Assembly (NCBI GenBank): GCA_031256815.1
Contig: JAIRPU010000029.1
Coordinates: 1-31,809, forward strand
Reading direction: 5' to 3'
DNA from: Spirochaetaceae bacterium
GTDB lineage: Bacteria; Spirochaetota; Spirochaetia; Treponematales; Breznakiellaceae
Length of the DNA: 31,809 nt
Both the position numbers and the translations under genes were made by a program. The notes under the pieces are model-generated. The model made no database searches, was not told the origin of the DNA, and was given only the letters and a program-made list of their open reading frames with translations. This document shows, piece after piece, positions 1 to 9,284 of this stretch (position 1 is the stretch's first letter; the number at the start of each line of letters is the position of its first letter).

Positions 1-258
1 CCGAAACAGGAGCATCTAAAAATAGTACTCTTAAAAGATATACCAGAAAAATATAAAAAATATGATGATGAAGGAATGTTATTGGTAGATAATTGTTATA
101 TACCAGGCAACTATAAAAACCCTTTTGCCGTGTCCACACGGCCAATATTAAACGGCCTGCTGGAAAATGGGTATAAAATTATTCAAGACAAGGAGTACTA
201 CCCTTATATAAATGGTGAAAAATGTTTTGCAAGAGTGCTGGTGCAAAAGGCGCAGTAA
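1..258 (+). CDS. 5'-truncated CDS; C-terminus resembling EcoRI-family adenine-specific DNA methyltransferase
   Basis: Frame 1 is open from base 1 (PKQEHLKIVLLKDIPEKYKKYDDEGMLLVDNCYIPGNYKNPFAVSTRPIL...YPYINGEKCFARVLVQKAQ*). The YKKYD...D..IP..Y...F.VS and YING...ARVLVQK pattern recalls EcoRI_methylase-family C-termini. Recognised from memory, not searched. Confidence 0.5.
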   Translation, partial: PKQEHLKIVLLKDIPEKYKKYDDEGMLLVDNCYIPGNYKNPFAVSTRPILNGLLENGYKIIQDKEYYPYINGEKCFARVLVQKAQ

Positions 259-400
259 AAACAATGGTGTGCGAATGGGTTAACAGGATTATTTACAGCC
301 GCTTCTGGCACATAGTCTAAATGCCTGCCCGCCATACTTAGCAGGGACTGCGGCTGTTTTCTGCATGACGCGCGGACAGGGCGCTTCGCAATTTGCTATA

Positions 401-429
401 TTGCCTTTAAGCAGGTCTTATATTATACT
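401..429 (+). promoter_or_regulatory. sigma70-type promoter for the NYN gene
   Basis: TTGCCT (401-406), 17 bp, TATACT (424-429); ATG at 439 with no SD. Confidence 0.55.
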
Positions 430-438
430 TGGTATACA

Positions 439-1125
439 ATGAATATCGCCTTATATTTCGACGTAGAAAACGTCAATAATCTTAATCTTTCAGATTTGAT
501 GAACTCACTTATAGACAAAGAAAGAAACAATAACAATATAACGGTCAAACTGGCCGTTGGTAAATCGGAAGCAACAGCAAAGTACAGAAGCGAATTGTTA
601 AATCATAATTTTATGATTATTGAAACGCCTCATATAATAAGAAAAAAAAACAGGGCAGATATAATGCTCTCTATAATCGCTTACGAAGATTTTATTTATC
701 ACAAGCCGGAAATAGACCAGTTTGTATTTATAACATCAGATTCAGATTATACATTTATTATGGATAAGCTTAAACGTAATGGAAAAATTGTTTGGCTTGT
801 TTGCAAAGCAGAAGACAGGGAAAAAGAATATTTTAGAAATTGTACAGATAATATTATTTCCATAGAAAGCAATATTAAAATAAAAAAATCCCTTGCGGAA
901 CTGCAGAAATGGCTTAAAGAAAACGGCTTTGATGAATCTGAATCCCAAAAACTAATCAATTATTTTCCGAAAAATGAATGGAAAAAAATTGACAATTTTG
1001 GCTTTAATTATACAAACAAAAAAATAAAAGGGCAGGTGTCTATTTTAAAGAAATTAACAGACGAATGTTTCCTAGAAAAGAAAAAATCCGGCAATACATC
1101 TGTTTATAAAATTGCCGCAACATAA
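439..1125 (+). CDS. NYN domain-containing protein (LabA/DUF88-like, PIN-fold ribonuclease)
   Basis: N-terminal ALYFDVEN, K..ADI and FVFITSDSDY...DKLKRNGKIV motifs carry the acidic NYN active-site residues; extra C-terminal ~85 aa domain. Confidence 0.85.
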   Translation: MNIALYFDVENVNNLNLSDLMNSLIDKERNNNNITVKLAVGKSEATAKYRSELLNHNFMIIETPHIIRKKNRADIMLSIIAYEDFIYHKPEIDQFVFITSDSDYTFIMDKLKRNGKIVWLVCKAEDREKEYFRNCTDNIISIESNIKIKKSLAELQKWLKENGFDESESQKLINYFPKNEWKKIDNFGFNYTNKKIKGQVSILKKLTDECFLEKKKSGNTSVYKIAAT

Positions 1126-1131
1126 AACCGC

Positions 1132-2004
1132 TTATACAATATTAAAAAGCACATTATAAACAATAAAGAAAATTGGAGCGGCAAGCGATATAGAATCGAG
1201 AGAATCAAGCACGCCGCCGCGTCCCGGCATTAACGAGCCTGAGTCCTTTACACCGCAGCTTCGCTTTAGCGCGGATTCGGCAAGGTCGCCTATTATCGAA
1301 GCAAATCCTGTTGTTACGCCAAGAATTATTCCGGATGTAAGCGCGCTAAAACGTGTTGTTGTAAATATCGCCGGCAAAAGCAACGAGGCCGCAACGCAAA
1401 CGACCATTGAACCAAAAATCCCGCCGGCAAATCCGGCAACACTTTTGTTTGGGCTTGCAGGAATAATGCCTTTGTTGCGTTTTCCAAAAAGCATTCCAAA
1501 AAGCCATGCCGAGCTGTCGTTTAAGATAACAGTTCCCAAAAATACAATAATAAGCGGCGTTGAATTTGGCAGACTGGACATAAGGTTAATGCAGCTCAAA
1601 AATATGCCGGGGTAAAAAATTACAGAAAGCCCTGCGGCAAGACGCAAACCCGCTTTTTCCATTGTTTGCGCCTGAGTAAACGCGCACAGAATAAGGCAGT
1701 AAGCCGCGCAAAGTATTACAGACGCGGCTATGGTAAGCGCCGTCCAGCCAAAACTTACATAAAGCGTAGTTGTAAGCGAAGGCAGGCCGCCAAATATAAT
1801 CGCTTCTATTTTGCTTACATAAAGCTGTTTATGCCGGAGTATACCCGCAAATTCCACTGCTCCCAGAACAGAAAAAAATGTTACAAGAATATTCAACGCA
1901 AGATGATTTTTTTGCGGAAAAAAGAAAACTACGGCAAGGGACAAAGGCAGCCCTATCCCAAAAATCAAAAGCCTTTCAAGTATATTTTTAACTTTTGCAT
2001 TCAT
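1132..2004 (-). CDS. cdsA: phosphatidate cytidylyltransferase
   Basis: Polytopic membrane protein with SPNKSVAG and GDLAESALKRSCGVKDSGSLMPGRGGVLDSLDS signatures; 4-bp overlap with uppS. Confidence 0.95.
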   Translation of the reverse strand: MNAKVKNILERLLIFGIGLPLSLAVVFFFPQKNHLALNILVTFFSVLGAVEFAGILRHKQLYVSKIEAIIFGGLPSLTTTLYVSFGWTALTIAASVILCAAYCLILCAFTQAQTMEKAGLRLAAGLSVIFYPGIFLSCINLMSSLPNSTPLIIVFLGTVILNDSSAWLFGMLFGKRNKGIIPASPNKSVAGFAGGIFGSMVVCVAASLLLPAIFTTTRFSALTSGIILGVTTGFASIIGDLAESALKRSCGVKDSGSLMPGRGGVLDSLDSISLAAPIFFIVYNVLFNIV

Positions 2005-2717
2005 TCTGCACCGCCAAAACGCCTTTCGCGGCAGGCAAAAAAATCAAGCGCCGCGCGTAAATGCGATTCAGTCCAGTCCGGCCAAAGCTCGCTGGAAATA
2101 TAATACTCGGAATACGCGCCTTCCCACAATAAAAAATTACTGGTTCGGAATTCGCCTGCAGTACGTATAATTAAATCCGGGTCGGGAACATCCGGGTTGT
2201 CCAGGTTGTTTGCTATCGCGCTTTCGTTTACAATCACTGATTCGCCATTCAAAGCTTTACCGTCTAAAATCCGGTTTACCGCGCGTATAATTTCGTTACG
2301 GCCGCCGTAATTTAGCGCAAGAATTACCTGCATCCCGTCAAAAGCGCGTGTGTCTTCACAAGCTTTTCGCACTTCTGCGGAGATTTCGGCGGGTAAACCG
2401 GATAAATCTCCTGCATGACGCACCCTTAGCCTGTCTTTTCGGTAATGATTCAATTCGTCTACCAAATAACGTTTAACCAAATTCATAATGAATTGAACTT
2501 CACTTTCCGCGCGTTTCCAATTTTCTGTAGAAAAAACATATAGAGTGAGGTAGCGAATTCCAAGCCGCACAGACGCTTCTACTATCTTTCGCGCTGTTTT
2601 TAGCCCTTCAAGATGCCCGTCTGTTCTTGGACGCCCCTGCCGTGCTGCCCAGCGGCCGTTCCCGTCCATAATAATCCCGACATGAACAGGCAGCCCGCCC
2701 TTAGTTTTTTCCGACAT
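2001..2717 (-). CDS. uppS: undecaprenyl diphosphate synthase (cis-prenyltransferase)
   Basis: HVGIIMDGNGRWA, FSTENWKR, NYGGR.EI, DPDLIIRTAGEFRTSNFLLW and RRFGG motifs. Start moved from 2762 to the ATG at 2717 (MSEKTK). Confidence 0.95.
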   Translation of the reverse strand: MSEKTKGGLPVHVGIIMDGNGRWAARQGRPRTDGHLEGLKTARKIVEASVRLGIRYLTLYVFSTENWKRAESEVQFIMNLVKRYLVDELNHYRKDRLRVRHAGDLSGLPAEISAEVRKACEDTRAFDGMQVILALNYGGRNEIIRAVNRILDGKALNGESVIVNESAIANNLDNPDVPDPDLIIRTAGEFRTSNFLLWEGAYSEYYISSELWPDWTESHLRAALDFFACRERRFGGAE

Positions 2718-2846
2718 TTTTGTTATTACTATGAACATTATAATACGATTATTCAAGCCCACAATAAATTTTGTAGGAATTATTGATTTTCAGGCCGAAA
2801 ATTATTCTGTAAGCATTGATAAATATCATAAAAAACTACAAGGCGC

Positions 2847-2876
2847 TTGACATTGAGATTTATAGTGTAGTAAAGT
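2847..2876 (+). promoter_or_regulatory. sigma70-type promoter upstream of cheY
   Basis: TTGACA (2847-2852), 18 bp, TAAAGT (2871-2876); AGGAG RBS just before the start. Confidence 0.55.
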
Positions 2877-2910
2877 TAATAAGTGTTAATTTTTAGATTT
2901 AAGGAGCTTC

Positions 2911-3348
2911 GTGATGATTGCTAAAAGTAGTATGGGCGCTGACTCAAAACCACCTGCGGGCATGAAACCGGACGGAACCGCTTACCGCGTGCTTATTGTT
3001 GATGACTCTATGTTTATTGCAAAGCAGCTGGGGCAAATTTTAACCTCCGAGGGTTTTGAGGTTGTTGATACTGCGGGGGATGGCGCTCAAGGTGTCGAAA
3101 AATTCAAGGCAAACCAGGGCAAAATTGATCTTATCACTATGGATATTACAATGCCTGTGCTTGATGGTGTTTCGGCACTGGAAAAAATAATTCAAATAGA
3201 TAAAAACGTTAAAGTTATTATGGTTAGCGCCCTTGGCAAAGAAGATGTTGTAAAAAAATGTCTTTTGGCAGGCGCAAAAAGCTACATCGTAAAGCCGCTT
3301 GACCGCGCAAAAGTGCTTGAACGGGTTAATACTGTTATAAAAATGTAG
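2911..3348 (+). CDS. cheY: chemotaxis response regulator CheY (spirochaete type, single receiver domain)
   Basis: VLIVDDS, MDITMP (phosphoacceptor D), VSA and VKP receiver motifs. The N-terminal extension ...P.G.KPDG..YRVLIVDDSMFIAKQLGQIL is typical of treponemal CheY. Start is GTG 2911 or ATG 2914. Confidence 0.85.
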   Translation: MMIAKSSMGADSKPPAGMKPDGTAYRVLIVDDSMFIAKQLGQILTSEGFEVVDTAGDGAQGVEKFKANQGKIDLITMDITMPVLDGVSALEKIIQIDKNVKVIMVSALGKEDVVKKCLLAGAKSYIVKPLDRAKVLERVNTVIKM

Positions 3349-3358
3349 CGGAGAGTAT

Positions 3359-4411
3359 GTGAAAATCGAAGTTCACTCTCCTACCATACGCCGTAAGGAG
3401 ATGGACGCTGTTCTTACTGTGCTGGTGGAAGAAAAAATCGGCCCCGGAGAGCAGTCCCAAAGGCTTGTTCAAAAAGCCAAAGAAAATTTGCATTTTGATT
3501 ATGCTCTTGCTTTACGCAGTCCGGCAATCGCGTTAACACTGGCATTAAGGTCGTTTGGAGAGTTCAACGACAGCTCTTGGCGTCCGGGCGCGGTTGTTTC
3601 GGCATTGTCGCCGCTTTATTACGAGAGGGCGATTTTGGACGCCGGCTGGATGCCGATTTATTGCGATGTAGATGTACAAACAGCGCTTATTTCAACAGAT
3701 ACTTTTAAGAAAGCAATAGAAAATTGTCCGCATGAGCTAAAACCTTACTGCGTTATACTGCACGAAACTCTTGGTTTTATGCCGGCACATTCTTTCTTCG
3801 ATGAAATTTCAATTCCTGTAATAGAAGATTGTTCGCTTTCCATGGGGGGGCGTTTGGATGAGGCAACCGCCGGTTCTTTTGGGCATCTTTCTATTTTAGG
3901 ACTTGAGGAACGCGATTTTTTAACGGCAGGCGGCGGCGCATTATTGTTTGCCGCAGAAAGACGAAATGGCAGTGTTTTGAAAAGCTTTGACGCCTTGCCC
4001 CCTGAATACGGACTTCCGGACATGAATGCGGCCATGGCGCTGGTTCAAATGAGAGAAGCGGCGCGAAACAGCGAGAAATGCGCCGAAATTGCCCGGCTTT
4101 ATACCGATGCGGCGCTCCGTGGCGGCAGGCACAAACTTATAACCATGCCGCACAACTTTGAATACAACAATTATGCTTTTCCGCTGATATTGGAATCCGG
4201 CATGAAAGATACGGTTGCATGGGCAAATAAAAAAGGAATCGCCGTTGAGCTTGCTTTTGGCGGGACTCTCGCTGGAACAGGCGTGGTAAACAGAGGCCTT
4301 TGCCCGGCTGCGGAATCTCTTGCGCTGCGCACCGCCCTATTCCCGCTTTATCCGCGTTTAAGCGCCGATTCTGCGCAAAAAGTCGCCCGTCTTATACAAA
4401 CTTTGCCCTAA
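3359..4411 (+). CDS. DegT/DnrJ/EryC1/StrS aminotransferase-fold protein (catalytic Lys apparently absent)
   Basis: IGPGE, P+YCDVD, IEDCS, LTAGGGALL and C-terminal LFPLYPRL match the family fold; GTG start with GGAG RBS. Confidence 0.8.
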   Translation: MKIEVHSPTIRRKEMDAVLTVLVEEKIGPGEQSQRLVQKAKENLHFDYALALRSPAIALTLALRSFGEFNDSSWRPGAVVSALSPLYYERAILDAGWMPIYCDVDVQTALISTDTFKKAIENCPHELKPYCVILHETLGFMPAHSFFDEISIPVIEDCSLSMGGRLDEATAGSFGHLSILGLEERDFLTAGGGALLFAAERRNGSVLKSFDALPPEYGLPDMNAAMALVQMREAARNSEKCAEIARLYTDAALRGGRHKLITMPHNFEYNNYAFPLILESGMKDTVAWANKKGIAVELAFGGTLAGTGVVNRGLCPAAESLALRTALFPLYPRLSADSAQKVARLIQTLP

Positions 4412-5790
4412 TGCCATTTTTTAACGAAAAAGCGTATTATGGAGACGAAACGCCCATAGCTGCGATAGCTACCGCGCACGGCATAAGCGCGCTTTCTTTA
4501 ATAAGAATTTCCGGCAAAGGTTCTGTCGAACTGCTGTCCAAAATATTTTCACGCCCGCAGGCGCTTAAACAGGCCGCGGCCAACAGCGTTGTTTACGGAT
4601 GGATGCTCGATGATATTTGCGGGGCGCGCATTGACGAAACGCTGGTTTCGGTCTACAGAGCGCCAAAGAGCTTTACCGGGGAAGACGGCGCTGATATTTG
4701 CTGCCACGGAGGGCTTGCTGCGGCGCGTTCTATAATGACAGCGCTTTTAAAATCCGGATTTAGAGAGGCGCTGCCTGGCGAATTTAGTTTCCGCGCGTTT
4801 TCAAATGGCAAGATAGATTTAAGCCGCGCCGAAGCAATAATGGAGCTTGTCGGTTCAAAAACAGACACAGGCAGGGCGAAGGCGGTAAAAAGGCTTGCCG
4901 GAGCTATCGAAACGCGGATTCGTTCTATTCAGAATGAACTCGTATCAATTTTGGCTGAAGTCGAACTCAATCTTGATTATTCCGAAGTTGACGGCATAGG
5001 AGACGAAAGCGAAGCGTTTTTGGAATACGAAAAACTTAAAGCCGTGCTTGATAGTCTAGATTCGCTTTCTTCCAGTTTTGCCGGCGAAAGAATATACCGC
5101 GAAGGAATAAAGGTTGTGCTTGCCGGAGCGCCAAATGCTGGAAAATCGAGTTTGTTCAATATGCTTGTTCAGGAAGAGCGTTCAATAGTAAGCGAAATTC
5201 CAGGGACAACGCGGGATTGGCTTGAAGCATGGATTTCGTTAAAAGGCATTCCTGTTTGCCTTATAGATACCGCAGGTTTACGTGAAGATGGCGGCAAAAT
5301 AGAAAAAATTGGAATTGAACGCAGCAGAGCGCTTACCGAAAGCGCGGAGCTTGTACTTTTCATTTTGGACGGCTCAACCTGGACGGGCAGCGAAGACGCT
5401 TTGTTGGCAGGCATAGACACGCGCAGGCTTATATATGTTTGGAACAAAGCGGATATTGTTCCAAAGGCGGCGCGGGAAGATTTTTTACCGGTAAGCGCTA
5501 CGGCGGGAACAGGCATAGACGCGCTTTGTTCCGCCATAGTTCAGCGTGTTGAGGCTATATTTAAACCATGCGAAGACTACGCTCTTGGCAGCGACAGGCA
5601 AAAATTGCTTGTAGATGAGGCGCGTAATTTTTTGCGCGAAGCGCTAAGACTTGCCGGTTTAAACGAAGCGCTGGAACTCATTGCAGGAGAACTTCGGGGC
5701 GCGGTAAATGCGCTTGGCGAAATAACCGGCGAAGTTAGCAGCGATGATATACTAAATGTTATCTTCAGCAAATTCTGCGTAGGGAAATAG
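4411..5790 (+). CDS. mnmE: tRNA modification GTPase MnmE
   Basis: IAAIAT, IRISG, SFTGED...CHGG, PGEFSFRAF.NGKIDL..AEA, GAPNAGKSS, GTTRD, DTAG and C-terminal IFSKFCVGK. Start moved to ATG 4411, which overlaps the upstream TAA. Confidence 0.97.
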   Translation: MPFFNEKAYYGDETPIAAIATAHGISALSLIRISGKGSVELLSKIFSRPQALKQAAANSVVYGWMLDDICGARIDETLVSVYRAPKSFTGEDGADICCHGGLAAARSIMTALLKSGFREALPGEFSFRAFSNGKIDLSRAEAIMELVGSKTDTGRAKAVKRLAGAIETRIRSIQNELVSILAEVELNLDYSEVDGIGDESEAFLEYEKLKAVLDSLDSLSSSFAGERIYREGIKVVLAGAPNAGKSSLFNMLVQEERSIVSEIPGTTRDWLEAWISLKGIPVCLIDTAGLREDGGKIEKIGIERSRALTESAELVLFILDGSTWTGSEDALLAGIDTRRLIYVWNKADIVPKAAREDFLPVSATAGTGIDALCSAIVQRVEAIFKPCEDYALGSDRQKLLVDEARNFLREALRLAGLNEALELIAGELRGAVNALGEITGEVSSDDILNVIFSKFCVGK

Positions 5791-5816
5791 CGGTTTGCGT
5801 AAATAACGCGCCGCTA
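5788..5816 (+). terminator. stem-loop immediately after mnmE, between convergent genes
   Basis: TAGCGG (5788-93)/CCGCTA (5811-16) with inner GCGT/ACGC; no clear U-tract. Confidence 0.35.
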
Positions 5817-5925
5817 CAAACTTGAATCGGCCTGTGCTTTAAACGCCGCATACAACCGCCGCAGCCTCGTTGTAATAACCGCACGCCGCATTGCAAAATT
5901 GTGCCGGCCTTCGCTGCTTAACGTA

Positions 5926-7065
5926 TTAACGCAAAAACAAACGCGGCACACGCCGGCTTATACCGCAGCAGATTTCGTATGGAATAGTGCCTGCAATAAC
6001 AGCAAGCGAAGCGGCGTCCTGTGCGGGCGGGCTTTGACCAAATATTACAGCATCGTCATATAGGGACGTTTTTAATGTTGAACCTAAATTGACCATACAC
6101 ATATCCATGCATATTCTGCCGGCAAGCGGATAGAGTTCGCCGCCAATGCATACAAAAAAATTACCTTGCGGAGCTGTGCTTAATATGCGCGGCAGCCCAT
6201 CGGCATACCCTATTGGCAGGATGCCGATGAAGGTATCTTCGGCGGCTGTCCATGCCCGTCCGTAAGAAACTGTTTCGCCAGCGCCGATTTTTTTTATTAA
6301 CACAAGTTTTGTTACAAGTTCCATAACCGGTTTTGCCAAAAAAGTTTTACCGCCATTTTGAGGCGGCGCATATCCATAAAGCGCAATTCCAGGCCTAACC
6401 ATATCCAGCCATGAATTGCTGTGAAGGAATACGCCTCCCGAATTTGCCGCGCTTAAAATACCATGTGTAATACCGGCGTTTTTTATTTCAAGTACGGCAT
6501 TTTTAAAAACATTAAGTTGAGATTCTGTCCATTCAATTTCATTTTTACCGGTGGAATCCGCTGCTGCAAGGTGAGTAACACAACCGGAAAGTTCAAGGCC
6601 GTTTTCTTTAACGGCGCGGGCAAGCGCGGCGGCGGAATGTGGCGGGCAGCCGGAACGATTCATGCCTGTATCGACTTTTAAAAAAACTTTTGCCGTTTTG
6701 TTTTTTGCGGCATTTTTAGCGGCGCGGGCAAAATTTTTTATTTGGTCCTCACAGCTAACAAAAGGCGAAATTGATAAACTTGCCGCCGCTTCCAATTCAG
6801 AGGGCAGCGCGGGCGAAAAAAGCAGAATTGGAGCGTTTATACCCGCCTCGCGTAATTCCGCCCCTTCGTCAACTGTGGCAACAGCAAGCGCCGCCACGCC
6901 TGCTTCAAGCGCTGTTTTAGCAATTTCTACCGCGCCGTGACCATAGGCATCTGCCTTAACGGGCAAACATATCAGGGGGCGTGTTCCTCCGCCAAGATAT
7001 GCCCTAAGCGCGCCAATATTTGCGGCAAGGTTTTTAAGATGGATTATCGCGCGTGTGGCTCTCAT
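5926..7065 (-). CDS. alr: alanine racemase
   Basis: VKADAYGHG (PLP lysine), HLKVDTGM-like LKVDTGMNR, VRPGIALYG, VSYG, GYADG, GRICMD and GTIPYEI. Start moved to ATG 7065 (MRATRA). Confidence 0.97.
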   Translation of the reverse strand: MRATRAIIHLKNLAANIGALRAYLGGGTRPLICLPVKADAYGHGAVEIAKTALEAGVAALAVATVDEGAELREAGINAPILLFSPALPSELEAAASLSISPFVSCEDQIKNFARAAKNAAKNKTAKVFLKVDTGMNRSGCPPHSAAALARAVKENGLELSGCVTHLAAADSTGKNEIEWTESQLNVFKNAVLEIKNAGITHGILSAANSGGVFLHSNSWLDMVRPGIALYGYAPPQNGGKTFLAKPVMELVTKLVLIKKIGAGETVSYGRAWTAAEDTFIGILPIGYADGLPRILSTAPQGNFFVCIGGELYPLAGRICMDMCMVNLGSTLKTSLYDDAVIFGQSPPAQDAASLAVIAGTIPYEICCGISRRVPRLFLR

Positions 7066-7600
7066 TTTTGCGTTTAACGTAAAAGCTAACAACGGAACGT
7101 CCGTATTCGCGTTCATCCAGAATCTCAAGCGGAACTCCGTTTAATTCAAAATGCTCTTCCCCCGGATGATGAAGCAGCACAAGCCCTCCCTCTCTTATAA
7201 TTCCGTTTTTTGCTATGGAAGCAAGCAAATCTTCTTTGTATTTGTATATAAAAGGCGGGTCGCAAAATACAATATCAAAGTTTTTTAGTTTTGTTCTTTT
7301 AATATACAGTTCAACAGGCATAAACTTGCAATTAATTCGCACAGGAGCGCCTTCAACATTTTCTATAAGCGTTGAGCGTTTTTTGGGGTCGCTTTCTACC
7401 GCTTCTACAAATGCCGCCCCGCGGGAGGCCGCTTCCAGGGCTATTATGCCTGAACCGCTAAAAAGGTCAAGAAAAGAAAGTCCGTCTAGTTCTCCAAGAA
7501 CGGCAAATACCGATTCACGCATTTTGTCCATAGCGGGGCGGATAATTCCGGCAGGACAGCCGACACGCTTTCCGGCAAGCGCGCCGCCGGAAACTCTCAT
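7034..7600 (-). CDS. rsmD: 16S rRNA (guanine(966)-N2)-methyltransferase RsmD
   Basis: MRVSGG..., IRPAMDKMRESVF, FLDLFSGSG..ALEAASRGA, DPPF and REYG motifs. Confidence 0.93.
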   Translation of the reverse strand: MRVSGGALAGKRVGCPAGIIRPAMDKMRESVFAVLGELDGLSFLDLFSGSGIIALEAASRGAAFVEAVESDPKKRSTLIENVEGAPVRINCKFMPVELYIKRTKLKNFDIVFCDPPFIYKYKEDLLASIAKNGIIREGGLVLLHHPGEEHFELNGVPLEILDEREYGRSVVSFYVKRKNESHTRDNPS

Positions 7601-8046
7601 TTCAAATCGGTAAGTAATGCGGAAAGTTCGTCAACGCTTACAATGCGCGGGTCGCTTGCAGTGTTTAGCGCTTCCGACATATTTTCTTTTATAATTTTTT
7701 GCCTTTCTGTGCAGGCGGCGGCAAGCGCCCCTGTAATTTCAGCAATACGCGGATAGTTATTAATGGAAAATGAGGCTTTACCGCTCAGAATACGGCTTAA
7801 GAGGTCAAAAAAACGTTCTTCCGTATCGTATAAATTGTGCAGCTGCTCATCCCATTCAATAAGCTGCCTGTTCTCCATAAGGCTTTTTAAAATGATTTTT
7901 GCGGTCTCGCCAATAAAATCAAGATCTTCAATCGTTTTATCAAGGTATAGTTCCGGAGCGGCGTCGAGATGTAAAAGGTCAGAAACTGTCCTTATCCTCG
8001 TATTCAAGATAAAAATATTGTCTTCGTAATTAAGATGCTTTTCCAT
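7597..8046 (-). CDS. hypothetical protein (helical, 149 aa)
   Basis: ATG start, 4-bp overlap with rsmD, protein-like composition; no family recognised. Confidence 0.75.
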   Translation of the reverse strand: MEKHLNYEDNIFILNTRIRTVSDLLHLDAAPELYLDKTIEDLDFIGETAKIILKSLMENRQLIEWDEQLHNLYDTEERFFDLLSRILSGKASFSINNYPRIAEITGALAAACTERQKIIKENMSEALNTASDPRIVSVDELSALLTDLK

Positions 8047-8091
8047 AACCTTACTTTCAGTATCGGAAAATTAAAACAGAACTTCAATAAT

Positions 8092-8934
8092 TTAATTTTT
8101 TTTAGCGCCTATAACACGTTGATTTCCGGCAAGGTCGCTGTAAATATCAATAATACAGAGTGAGGCCTCTTCAAGAAGCGCCGCTATTTGGCGCATTTGG
8201 CCAGGGGCGGCCTCAATAAAAATAGCCCCGCCAGGAGACAGGTAAGAGGGCGCTTGTTTACAAATTCGGCGTATAAGCGAAAGCCCGTCAGCGCCGCCGT
8301 CAAGCGCAAGGCGCGGTTCATTTTTAACTTCCGGCGCAAGCGTTTCTATTTCGGCGCATGGAACATAGGGCGGATTTGCAGTTATAAGATTATAAAGGCC
8401 GGAAACTTTAGAAAACAAATCGCTTTTTAAAAGGCGAAATTTTCCTTTAAGCGAAGCGCGTTTTTTGCAAAGCATGGCGTAGTTTTTCCGCGAAATTAAA
8501 AGCGCATGGCGGCTAATGTCAACCGCCGTCATTGCAAGCGTCTGCGTTTCGTCAAGAAGCGCAAGCGCTATTGCGCCCGTCCCTGTGCAAAGGTCAAGCG
8601 CTTTGGGGTTTTCTATGGAAGCGGAGTTAAGCCAAAAAAGCGCCGCTTCTACAAGCGTTTCTGTATCCGGTCTTGGAATAAACACGTGCCTGTTTACCGC
8701 TAAATCGAGGAATCTAAATTGTTTATTGCCTGTAATTGCCGCCACGCAAAAACCCTGTTTGCGTTTTTCCAGCGCTTTATTATAACGATTTAAGATTTTG
8801 GAGGGAATTTCTGTTTTAGGCGCGGCAAGCAGTTCGGAACGGCTGATGCCCAAAACAGCGCAAAGCAAAAGTTCCGCGTCCAGCGCCGAATTTACAGTTT
8901 TTTTTGCATTACATAATGCTTCAAGTGCCGTCAT
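8092..8934 (-). CDS. prmC: release factor glutamine methyltransferase PrmC/HemK
   Basis: DAELLL, VFIPRPDTETLVE, LDLCTGTGAIAL, NPPY and EPRLALDGGADGL. Start moved to ATG 8934 (MTALEAL). Confidence 0.95.
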   Translation of the reverse strand: MTALEALCNAKKTVNSALDAELLLCAVLGISRSELLAAPKTEIPSKILNRYNKALEKRKQGFCVAAITGNKQFRFLDLAVNRHVFIPRPDTETLVEAALFWLNSASIENPKALDLCTGTGAIALALLDETQTLAMTAVDISRHALLISRKNYAMLCKKRASLKGKFRLLKSDLFSKVSGLYNLITANPPYVPCAEIETLAPEVKNEPRLALDGGADGLSLIRRICKQAPSYLSPGGAIFIEAAPGQMRQIAALLEEASLCIIDIYSDLAGNQRVIGAKKN

Positions 8935-9220
8935 CAGCCTGAATGCTAAATGATTTATAAGTTTTTTGCGGCGGGCAAATATCGCTTCTAACCTTGTCGA
9001 CGCGGGCGTGCGGTGAACCTTTGTGCAGCCAGTCAAGAAAATTTATTACGTTTTCTTCGATTCCTTCCGCCCATACCTCTACAGAACCATCTTCACTGTT
9101 GCGTATCCATCCTGTTACGCCAAGACGTGCGGCTTCGCTCTGGGCATAGTAACGAAACGCAACTCCCTGTACCCGCCCTGTAATTCTGGCGTGCAAAGCG
9201 GTAATTGGTTTTGCCTTCAT
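8921..9220 (-). CDS. acyP: acylphosphatase
   Basis: GRVQGVAFR, GWIRN..DGSVEV.AEG and GSPHARV. Start moved to ATG 9220. Confidence 0.93.
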   Translation of the reverse strand: MKAKPITALHARITGRVQGVAFRYYAQSEAARLGVTGWIRNSEDGSVEVWAEGIEENVINFLDWLHKGSPHARVDKVRSDICPPQKTYKSFSIQADDGT

Positions 9221-9284
9221 TAAATAATTTTCGCGCATATAAGGGCGTATTGTCAAGAAGCGTTATGTTTAGTTACGATAAGTT

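Noticed and set aside
3844-3850. G7 run inside the DegT-like CDS as a phase-variable tract
   Set aside because: Short, in frame (ATG GGG GGG C) and unremarkable for Gly codons.
4300-4410. N-terminal extensions given by the ORF track for mnmE, uppS, alr, prmC, acyP, pepF, hicB and SBP2
   Set aside because: They overlap upstream genes or promoters; downstream ATGs fit family N-termini and RBS or coupling better.
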